The notes beneath the pieces are model-generated. The model searched no databases. It was given only the letters and a program-made list of their open reading frames with translations, and had not been told where the DNA came from. Position numbers and translations under genes: made by a program. DNA of 64,000 nt, taken from positions 32,001-96,000 of the IMG/VR virus record IMGVR_UViG_3300020153_000001; one strand, 5' to 3'. Positions within the stretch are counted from its first letter, which is position 1; every line of letters begins with the position of its first letter. Positions 19,707 to 28,800 of this stretch are shown piece after piece. Source of the DNA: a virus.

Positions 19707-20081
19707 CTATTTAGTAAACCATTTCTGTTGTATTGCTTTATACCAGTTCGCAAAGTTGACCTTTTCCCTCAACCCCGGCGACATCGCAGTTAACGCAAGA
19801 CCGCCTAACGCAAGAAGTATCGGCACAAACGGCTCTTTCGACACAAAAGAGCCAAGTACCGCCAATATAGTTGGCAATGTACCATAACCAGCGAGCTCGG
19901 TAGGCAACTGGCGTCGTAATTCCTGTTCCGCTGCAGCTCGTTGTTTGCTTACGTAATCACCAATTAAGTTGGTTAGCTCATCTGCTTTATCTTGTGGAAG
20001 TATACCAGCCAGCGTCTGGCGTATTTTACCAAGAGTATCTTGCTGTGCCTGTGCTTGCTTTGATAGTAGCCTTATGGACAT
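19707..20081 (-). CDS. Membrane protein
   Basis: Two C-terminal hydrophobic helices; GGAGG SD. Confidence 0.6.
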   Translation of the reverse strand: MSIRLLSKQAQAQQDTLGKIRQTLAGILPQDKADELTNLIGDYVSKQRAAAEQELRRQLPTELAGYGTLPTILAVLGSFVSKEPFVPILLALGGLALTAMSPGLREKVNFANWYKAIQQKWFTK

Positions 20082-20083
20082 GT

Positions 20084-20803
20084 CTATCCTCCGAATATCG
20101 ATTTCTTAATATCCGGCGGTATAGATGCCGTATTTTCGTTGGGCTGCGCCGTCTCAGGTGGCGGCGATAGTGCCGGAGTAGTTTGTTCTTTTTCCTTAGG
20201 CGACTGCCGTACTTCTTCCTTTTCTGTCAAGTATACCTCTTCGTCAGACAACGCGTCTGACGGTATTTTCAAATTCAGCGCGTCGTAGATGCCTACTAGC
20301 AGCTTCCTGACTTTTACGAGTTCTGTATAAAGCGTAGTCGGTGTAACTTCTGCTTTTTGCACCTTGGGTGTCTCTTCACGCTCTAGCTCTTCTTTTGGCT
20401 TGCCTTCCGGTTTTTCCTCGGGTTTGCCCTCAGGCGGAGGTTCAGGCGGAGGAGGAGGCATAGCACCGAGTAAACCCATTAACGAGCCAAGGTCACCAGC
20501 GCCGGCAATCGGCATTGGTCCACCCGGCCCGGGAGGCATCGCGCCAGGCGGACCGCCCATAGGAGGCCCACCCATAGGAGGCCCACCCATTGGTGGGGCG
20601 CCTGGAGGACCACCAGGAGGAGCCATGCCAGCCATATCCATTGGCGGCATGCCACCTGTAGGTGGGGGCATCATACCAGCAGCTGGATCCTGCCCCGCTT
20701 TGACCGGAGTAAAGCCGCGTTTTTCCATATCCTTCTGCAAGGCGTTCGATAAGTACATCGCAATGATTGATCTAGCGAGATCGTCGACGTTATATGTCGC
20801 CAT
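20084..20803 (-). CDS. Pro/Gly/Met-rich low-complexity protein
   Basis: GGPPM repeats, acidic central region, GGAG SD. Confidence 0.6.
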   Translation of the reverse strand: MATYNVDDLARSIIAMYLSNALQKDMEKRGFTPVKAGQDPAAGMMPPPTGGMPPMDMAGMAPPGGPPGAPPMGGPPMGGPPMGGPPGAMPPGPGGPMPIAGAGDLGSLMGLLGAMPPPPPEPPPEGKPEEKPEGKPKEELEREETPKVQKAEVTPTTLYTELVKVRKLLVGIYDALNLKIPSDALSDEEVYLTEKEEVRQSPKEKEQTTPALSPPPETAQPNENTASIPPDIKKSIFGG

Positions 20804-20814
20804 CTTTGTCTCCC

Positions 20815-21096
20815 TTATAGCTTTATGACTACACGTCGCTTGCCTTCCTGGTCGATTTCGCCGTTGTCGCTTAAGTATGCTGTATGTTCTTTTTCGGCTT
20901 CTTCGTCCTCTTCGCTGCTTCCAAACCAGTTTTTATACGCATACCAACCAAGCAAAGACAGTCCGGCTAGGCTAAGTACTACAGGCCAAAACGCAGAATA
21001 AGAAACTGTCGACGTGGTCGATGGCCCGGCGCTATTTGTCGCGGCGTTTGCTGTTGCACTAGCGGCCTGGCCGAGCTTTACGGCTTTATTTTTCAC
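20815..21096 (-). CDS. Single-pass membrane protein
   Basis: One TM helix followed by acidic stretch; GGAGG SD. Confidence 0.6.
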   Translation of the reverse strand: MKNKAVKLGQAASATANAATNSAGPSTTSTVSYSAFWPVVLSLAGLSLLGWYAYKNWFGSSEEDEEAEKEHTAYLSDNGEIDQEGKRRVVIKL

Positions 21097-21234
21097 TAGA
21101 CGCCTCCTTTACCGATTTCTTATTATATATTGTACCAGATAAAAGTCTTATGTTGGACAATCCGGTCTAATATATTTAGCCAGACGCTAATCTCCTCGGA
21201 ATCATTTGTAAGTAAAACGGGACGATCAATTTTC

Positions 21235-22866
21235 CTAAGGCTGGTATTTAAAAAAGCCTTTTGTCAAAATATCAATTATCGGCGTTGTATATGTTTTACT
21301 AAACTCGCTTTCAGGGATAGGCGGCTTATATCCATATCTCATTCGACGTATATTAATATACCCGTCGCCAAGTCTGCTGCGGCTGGGTCCGATTGTACGA
21401 AAATATGGAATTACGTCTTCTACAACCCAGTCAATCGGGGTCTTGACTACATCTGAACCGCCTGGCAGCAGCCCCGCGCGCTTAGCCGACTGAACAAGTG
21501 GATGGTCGTCAAGACCTTTTACATATCCAATGAAAGCTATACTAAACGCATCAGCCGCAATCTCGCTTACAGTCCTTTGTAGGGAGTTCTCGATAGGAAG
21601 CGGGTAATTCATACTATGCCCAAACTCGTGGGCGAATACAGGCAGCTTATCCGATGTTTCAATGGTGTGCGTGCGAGGGCGATAAGCGCCTAGTAATTCC
21701 GGTGGCGGTGATTTTACCGATAGTCCGGGAAACCTAGTACCGAACTTGTTGTATAGATGATTTAAAACTTCTCCTACTCTACTCCATTCTTCAGTTTTCA
21801 ATTGCACCCGGCGATCTACTATTGCTGACGCCGCTTCGACTTCGCCAAGTATCAACTCAAGTTCATCTAAGTCACTTTGCAAAATTGTAGACATATTTTC
21901 TGGCTTGACCGCCGTTGGGCTCTGTGCAATGCCGAGGCGCTCGCTAAGCCTCCTGAGTGGGCCGGGCAGTTTTGGTGTTCTGCTAATTTCTGGATACGTA
22001 TAAAGCTCAGCTACAACTGGGCGTTTTGAAGGAAACAAAGTACGAAGATGGGACATTTGGCTGTCGCCTGTAATGAGCCCCTTTACTACCTGCTGTGCTT
22101 GCTCTCGACCGAATCTTTTCGTGAGAAACTGTTTCAAACTGTCTATAGATTCGCCACCATGAACCACTCCAACAGCCAACGAAACGCGCGCCGGATCTGC
22201 GAGTATTCTTTTTACAGCAATCTGCCTCTCTGACGGATCAATATCGAACATATTTACAAAAGACTCAACAGCAGAACGCACTTCATCCGAAGTCATCTGG
22301 CTGATGACAGGAGCATATTTGTCGTGGAAGCTGCTTAGGAGATGCTGTGCGGCCACGTCCGCGACGCCAGGATAGAGCCTCATTGTCAAATCCATTACTA
22401 GCCTGTCTCTTAGCGTCGCGTCAAACCGCTGCCCACCAACTATAGACCTTACCTCTTCAGGATAAGATATTAGAATCGCAGACAAATAGCGCCCAGCTAG
22501 ATCATTTTTGGTCTTATCGTCAATGCTCGCCAGATAGGCGTTAAAATCGGGCTTATCCGATGAAAATATATGTTGCTGTACCGGCTTTGCCAGCAGCGAT
22601 CTGGCAAAGAATTCAAAATCAGGTCTGAAGCTAATTGCCGAACGGCCCAACAACGCGTGGTACGATCTGTCTAGCGGCGCTATTCCAATAGCTCGATTAA
22701 GAGCTGCTGCTAGGGGGTGCCCGAGAACGTCCGGAGTAGTCTTTACTTCAATAGGCTCAAACTCGCTATAACGCCCCGTTGCTGCAGAGTATGTCTTCTC
22801 AAGCGCGCGCTCTCCGGATAAAAGTTTCCTTAAGTATGTATATACGTTCGATACCGCGGCTGGCAT
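21235..22866 (-). CDS. Zincin metallopeptidase-domain protein (ImmA/IrrE-like motif), paralog 1
   Basis: FAHEFGH...SEIAADAFS; N-terminal region similar to 22985..24703. Confidence 0.7.
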   Translation of the reverse strand: MPAAVSNVYTYLRKLLSGERALEKTYSAATGRYSEFEPIEVKTTPDVLGHPLAAALNRAIGIAPLDRSYHALLGRSAISFRPDFEFFARSLLAKPVQQHIFSSDKPDFNAYLASIDDKTKNDLAGRYLSAILISYPEEVRSIVGGQRFDATLRDRLVMDLTMRLYPGVADVAAQHLLSSFHDKYAPVISQMTSDEVRSAVESFVNMFDIDPSERQIAVKRILADPARVSLAVGVVHGGESIDSLKQFLTKRFGREQAQQVVKGLITGDSQMSHLRTLFPSKRPVVAELYTYPEISRTPKLPGPLRRLSERLGIAQSPTAVKPENMSTILQSDLDELELILGEVEAASAIVDRRVQLKTEEWSRVGEVLNHLYNKFGTRFPGLSVKSPPPELLGAYRPRTHTIETSDKLPVFAHEFGHSMNYPLPIENSLQRTVSEIAADAFSIAFIGYVKGLDDHPLVQSAKRAGLLPGGSDVVKTPIDWVVEDVIPYFRTIGPSRSRLGDGYINIRRMRYGYKPPIPESEFSKTYTTPIIDILTKGFFKYQP

Positions 22867-22883
22867 GGATTATTAATGGCAAC

Positions 22884-22903
22884 TTTTGACTCCGGAGTCA
22901 AAA
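22884..22903. repeat. 20-bp palindrome, copy 4
   Basis: Exact; intergenic between zincin paralogs. Confidence 0.98.
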
Positions 22904-22984
22904 TTCTTGTTGGCTTATGGCCTAAAATCCGAAGTGTCACCAACGACATCATCACTTACTCATTTAGTTTGTGCTTTTTCTTAT

Positions 22985-24703
22985 CTATTCGCGATTATCG
23001 TTTTTAATAGTCGAGTGGGCTCGTTCCAAATCGTCGACGTTCGGCGCAAGCGGTCTGGCAAGGTCGCGCATTAACGGGCTTAGGAAGTTATCCGACCCTA
23101 TTACGCGGCCGAGCGAAGAGCGTCCAAGCTTCCTATACACAGAGATACTGACATCACCTAAAGCGCTTCGACTGGGGCCTGCGCGTTCTACATAAGGTAT
23201 GACGTCCTTTATCACCCAGTCAAAAAGGCCTGTTGTTTGTTTTGCCCCGCCCGGAAGCAAACCAGCGCGCTTGGCTAATATAACAAGCGGATGATCGTCC
23301 TTACCATACACGTATGCCGTTGCTGCTATCGAAAAGGCGTTAGCGATGATCTCCCCGACTAGATTCGTATAGTAATCGTTTTCTAGCGGACTACCCTCAA
23401 ACGAATAGGTCAGGCCGTGGGCGAGCTCGTGGAAAAACGTAGATAATTTTCTATCCATCATCAGCTTTCGTTCCCGCGGCAGGTAAAGACCTGCCGCGTC
23501 GGGCGTAGGCTCCTCCGGCGAAATCCCTGGCAGAGTTCCACCGAATCTTTCATATAAGTGTTTGACGACCTCTTCGGCTCGCGCCAGCTCTTTGTCCGAC
23601 AACGTTTTATCTTCAATCGCTACACCAATAAGTCCTAATGTCCCTGCTAGCTCTCCGTGAACTAGCTCAAGCCTTCCTACTTCTCTAACTCCATCCCTCA
23701 AATCTTCTAAATCTTTTATTGATACATCGAGAAACCATATTAGATTTTCTCTGGAAGGCTCTGTTATCGGTCTGCCGTATTGCGGTCTTATTCTCGTTTG
23801 TGGTAACGCAAGAATTTCCGTGACAAGTCCGCGACCTTCTCTAGGTGTCGAATAAAGCGGCCTGACGCGCTCACTTGCTCTGCCAGCGGTAAGCCCGCGC
23901 ATGATGGACTTGATCTGCTCATCATCTACTTTGCCAGCTAGGAAATCCTTTAACTGATCAATAGAGTAGCCTCCGCTTGCTACCACTGCTGCTAGGGTAG
24001 TTCGTCTTGGGCTTAGTAGTATCTGCGATATGGCTTTTTCCCTATCCTTGCCGCTAATACCAAACATGTCAACATACTTTTCGGCAAGCAAGCGTTTATC
24101 CGCCGGGCTCATTTGATTAACGATAGGGCCGAATATTCTGTAATATTCGTCTGCCAACTGGTCGGCGGCGATGTCAGCTACACCAGGATAAAGATGAAAG
24201 ATAAGCTTTAAGAACAAGGTATCTCTTAGCGCGTCGTTAAATGGTAATCTTCCTATTATTTCCCGCTCTTTTTCTGGCGTACGCGCGAACAGGTGGCTTA
24301 GGAAACGACCGGCCAAACTGGCACGTACGTTAGGGTCAACGCTCGCTAAGAATTTAGAAAAATCTGGATTTTCGGAAAGAAGATACCTTCTGACAGGCTC
24401 GTCTAGGGCTTGTACAGCCTCTCGTCTGAACTTATCGTTGAACGTAAGGATTGATTTACGTTTTAGTTCTTCGTAAGTAGGCGTTAGCGCTTGTATTCCA
24501 GTAACTCTTGTTGTAGCGGCCTCTAACGGCGTAAGGTACGACGGCAAATACGTGGGTAATATAGCATTAGCTGCAGAATATTCCTTGGGACGGCCAGTTA
24601 GGGCAGAATAAGTAGAAGCCGGACCGGTAGGTTCCGGCTTACCTGACAGTAGTTGCTTCAGCTGGTTATAGACATAGCCTATAGGACCACCGTTACCATT
24701 CAT
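22985..24703 (-). CDS. Zincin metallopeptidase-domain protein, paralog 2
   Basis: FFHELAH...GEIIANAFS; shares LYPGVADIAA and YSALTGR blocks with paralog 1. Confidence 0.7.
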   Translation of the reverse strand: MNGNGGPIGYVYNQLKQLLSGKPEPTGPASTYSALTGRPKEYSAANAILPTYLPSYLTPLEAATTRVTGIQALTPTYEELKRKSILTFNDKFRREAVQALDEPVRRYLLSENPDFSKFLASVDPNVRASLAGRFLSHLFARTPEKEREIIGRLPFNDALRDTLFLKLIFHLYPGVADIAADQLADEYYRIFGPIVNQMSPADKRLLAEKYVDMFGISGKDREKAISQILLSPRRTTLAAVVASGGYSIDQLKDFLAGKVDDEQIKSIMRGLTAGRASERVRPLYSTPREGRGLVTEILALPQTRIRPQYGRPITEPSRENLIWFLDVSIKDLEDLRDGVREVGRLELVHGELAGTLGLIGVAIEDKTLSDKELARAEEVVKHLYERFGGTLPGISPEEPTPDAAGLYLPRERKLMMDRKLSTFFHELAHGLTYSFEGSPLENDYYTNLVGEIIANAFSIAATAYVYGKDDHPLVILAKRAGLLPGGAKQTTGLFDWVIKDVIPYVERAGPSRSALGDVSISVYRKLGRSSLGRVIGSDNFLSPLMRDLARPLAPNVDDLERAHSTIKNDNRE

Positions 24704-24739
24704 CGGGAAAACCTCCTTTTTGTTAAAGATAGGTAACTA

Positions 24740-25816
24740 CTATTTTGACTCCGGAGTCAAAGATTTTTGGGCCCTGCTACCTAAAGCCCGAATTATGGGG
24801 TCAAGCAGTCTTCCTAATCCGCCTCGCGGCCTATCGTTTCCGAATTTATCCATAAACTCCTTCACCTTCTTATAAGTGTTCGCTCTTTCCGGATACCAAC
24901 TTATCCAATGCTGCGCCAACCATCTATCCGGAATAGTGCCGCTATATCCCAGTACGGCTAGAGACGGCGGAACAAATTTCTTAGAAATCGGGAAATCCGG
25001 TACGGCTTCTTTTAAGGCCTTCCATTCTGGCCAATCTGGTTCCGGCAGCCAACCGGCGCTTACTGCCATCACGACAGGCCATGTCAGCTTATTGTTATAG
25101 TAGTCGAGAACTGCGGCGGCAAACGTGTTTGCGCCAATTTCATTTATAGTACGCCATATCGTTACCATCGAAGCCAGCCTTGGGTCTCTTACCATAACAT
25201 AAGGCTGATCTTCGTCACCCTGCAGACCAAAGTAGTCAAAAATACTTTTAGCCATGAGCGTATCCAACGAGTGTCCTAACTCGTGGGCGATAACGGCTGT
25301 TCCTTTAGGCGTTGCCATGACATCTGGATCGATGATCAGCTTACCTGTGAGTGCGTTAAATCCACCCAACAAGGAGGGCTGTCTACCGACTTCGGCTGAT
25401 GTGATATATGGCATGGCTCGAAGTGCGGCATAATCTAGAATCTGCTTAACCTTTGCCGTATCAACCAACCTTCCGCCGCTTGTAGCTGCATTGAGCGCTT
25501 GCCACAAACGCTCCTCGGATTCGGTTTGCGCCCTACCTATCGGGGAGGAAAAAAATGCCGGTGCAGAAGAACTAGCGTCTTCGGGCATAATACTATGTAG
25601 TTTGGCAACCATTTTTGTTACCGGACCGCGCAACTCCTGTTCTTCCTGATAACGAATGTCTTTTATAGTAGGACCATATTCCGACCATTGATACAGACTA
25701 TTTAATAGGTCAACATTATGTGCCCGTTGTTCGTGGTGATGTGTAACGGGGGGTTCTTTGCTTTGGGCGTTTTTTAGCAGGTTTTGTAGATCATTAACGG
25801 CTCGTTTGCAGATCAT
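24740..25816 (-). CDS. Zincin metallopeptidase-domain protein, paralog 3
   Basis: IAHELGH...NEIGANTFA; ends LTPESK-stop. Confidence 0.7.
   Translation of the reverse strand: MICKRAVNDLQNLLKNAQSKEPPVTHHHEQRAHNVDLLNSLYQWSEYGPTIKDIRYQEEQELRGPVTKMVAKLHSIMPEDASSSAPAFFSSPIGRAQTESEERLWQALNAATSGGRLVDTAKVKQILDYAALRAMPYITSAEVGRQPSLLGGFNALTGKLIIDPDVMATPKGTAVIAHELGHSLDTLMAKSIFDYFGLQGDEDQPYVMVRDPRLASMVTIWRTINEIGANTFAAAVLDYYNNKLTWPVVMAVSAGWLPEPDWPEWKALKEAVPDFPISKKFVPPSLAVLGYSGTIPDRWLAQHWISWYPERANTYKKVKEFMDKFGNDRPRGGLGRLLDPIIRALGSRAQKSLTPESK
24743..24762. repeat. 20-bp palindrome, copy 5 (19/20)
   Basis: TTTTGACTCCGGAGTCAAAG; encodes the last residues of 24740..25816. Confidence 0.95.
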
Positions 25817-25832
25817 CTTTCTAGGTCCTAAG

Positions 25833-28800
25833 TTATTTCTCGATTATCTTTATTGGCTGGTCTATAGCAATTTCTCCTCTAGCAAACGCGGCAAGCGCGT
25901 CTTTTTTCGTTTTAAATATTTTTACTGGTTTACGGCTATCGACGCGACTAGCATACCATAGGCCGATGAGATAGTCTTGTTGGGGGGTATAAACAGGCTC
26001 TGCAAATATGGCTGCTTTGAATAGATTCTTCGACGGTAGCAATTTATCGTAGGCTTCCTTGACGGCGTCGTCGGATGCGGGTACATGGAATTGCATCGTA
26101 TCGCCGTCGAAGTCAGCGCCAAAGGCCTGTGTAATAAGAGGGCTTATCTCTATGGTTTTACCCGGTATAAGAACGGGTCGAAACGCCATAATTCCGTACT
26201 TGTGAAGCACGGGCGCGCGGTTTACTACAACAGGCCGCTCTTGGATAACACGTTCCAAAGACTGCTTAGCATAGGGATGGCGCTCATTAACAAGCATATT
26301 CGCCACTAGAAACGGCGAAGCACGTAACGCTGGCGGAACGTTACGAAGCACGCTATCAGGAAGGCCGCGATGCATTAGGTCGCGAATAATAAACGGCTTA
26401 TACGCGACCCAAGCCGCCTCCTCGGGAATACCTATCTCGTCAATATCTAAAGAACTGTTCGGCGTAATGACTGCCCTACCAGCCAGCGTGGCACTAATAC
26501 CAAGCATTTTTCTCTGCATTATGCTGGCTTTCGGGCTGGAACCAACCACGGTAGCCAGCAAACCCTTAATACCCTGCTTCTTCAGGGCGTAGCTATGTGG
26601 ATCGTCTAGGCCTGTAAGCCCGTAAAAGATGGACATGAGCGATCTTCGCTCTTCCCGTAGATCGCTAATATCCGAGGCCAGTTCTTTATAAGCGCCGATG
26701 AAGTCGATGAGCTCTTTATAAAGATAGTTCGCATCATTAACGACAAGCGTGCCGTCTTTAATCATCGAGATAGGTCGAAAGATGGGCGGAATGACTGGAA
26801 CTTTGGTCCAAAATAGCTCGGACGGGTGGATACTAAAGCGTTTGAGGCCTTCAAGGTAGTTTAGCTTTTTGATAAGCGACGACCGTTTCGATGGCGTAGC
26901 AGTTTGGAGTTCTTCCCTGGTACGCGTTATTTCTCTATCGACGTCATAGTTTTTAAATAGTTCATAAAGCGCCATCGGACCGGATATAGGCCCTTTTGAT
27001 TGACGATACCGTTCAGGTATGGGAAGCTCGCCAGCAAATATGCTAATGAGGTCCTTCTCGCTTACGCCAATCAATCTACCAAGCAGTTCCACCATGATTG
27101 GGTTTGGAACCGGCTCTGGTAGCTTGATGGCGCTCCACCGCGTGCCAGCTAGACCTCCGGTAAGACCGTCGTCAAACAGCCCACCCTCTACCGTTCGGAA
27201 ACCGTCGCTATAGACACGAACTGTCTCGGAGTTCTGAACATATCGGTTACCCGCTAGTTGATCTATATCTTTATCTCGAAGCGCAAGAAGCCGTATACCA
27301 GAACGTTCTTGGATGGGGTTAATCCCTGCCCCTCTAAGCAAGGCGACAAATTTGTGCCATATATGCGGGATCTTGGGCTGCGGTAGGCTGTGGCCAGTCA
27401 TAAATTGTCGCCATGCCTCATCGTTCGCTTGTCCGCGGATAAGTGCGGCATCGGTTATTGTGTTGTACGCGCCGTGCGCCAACAGCGCGTTAAGCTCAAG
27501 GATCCCCAACCGTTTGGCTTTTCCCGATTCACCAACAGTGGGGATATCTTCTGCGCTTGCAGCAATAGCCTCGTCTACGGCCTGAAGCTTATCTTCTGCA
27601 ATATGGCACAGGCGCAGAATATATCCATAGCCTGTAAGCGCGCGTATTTTTCTACCCGTAACGGGATCTGTGAGCACTTCTGTATCGCTAACACCATGCT
27701 TCTTTAGCACGTCAGAAACGTATTGATGCAGCCTGTCGGCGTGTTCAAAATCCTTTACATAGATTGGCTTTCCTATCTTCTTAGCAACCTTCCCTAGAAG
27801 TGCTTCATATATTTGACCAATATTAGCCCGCGAAATAATAAACGGCGACGCGATGATATCGACAGGCTTGCCATCTTCGCCTATGGGCATCTGGCTATCG
27901 GGTTTAATGATAACGACGCCTTTATTTCCATATAGCCCCGCAATCTTATCTCCTTGTTGGGTCTCGAATATCGACTTTACGATAGCAACAATGCCCTCTT
28001 TTGTCTTACCAGCCGCTATTACTATCCCAGGCGCGTCATAGTCCCACGTAACGCTGTCATCAACAAACATCTTGTGGGAAGCTCTAGCGGTGGTGATAGG
28101 AAGCATCTTGGCACTAAGAATAATCGGCTCGCCCTTACGGAGAACCGTTCCTGGCCGCGCCACGCCCTCGTTAGTATACTTCTCTAAGTCCTCAGCGGTC
28201 ATTTTGCCAGGAAATAGCGACACGTAAGCCTGTTTTCCGCTAGGCTCTGCTGTTTGGTGCTGATAGACAAAAAGATTCTCGGCAGACAGTTTGCGCGCAA
28301 ATGACTGTGAGATAACGAAAGCGTCTTCGTATGTATCGCCGGTAGCCATATAGGCAATCTTTGCGTTTGTTCCCACCGCAAGATTGCCGTTTATATCGGT
28401 AAAATTGCTATAAGCCAAAAGCTGGCCAGGCTTTACGACATCGCCAGGCTTTACAAGCGGCTCGTTATATAAAGCCGTCTGCCTGGCATAAGGCGTATTG
28501 TTGTGCAACCAGATCTTCTTTGTGCTTCGGCTGTCAGCGTCATAAAGCTCGATAAAATCGGGAGTTACTTTGCGTACGACCCCCTTATATGGGCTATAAA
28601 CGGCACCAGCGTATTTTCCAAATATTGATACAAACGGTCTTCCACGGCTATCAACCGATTGCACTAAAGGCGCTTCTCTGTTTATGATGGGCAATGCTTG
28701 CGTAATAAATCGGCTTCCCATCGCCACGCGCTGCGGGAAGCAGGCGCTTTTCATGGGGATAAGTGACGCAAGCGGACCAAAGATATGCGTTGCATCCTTG

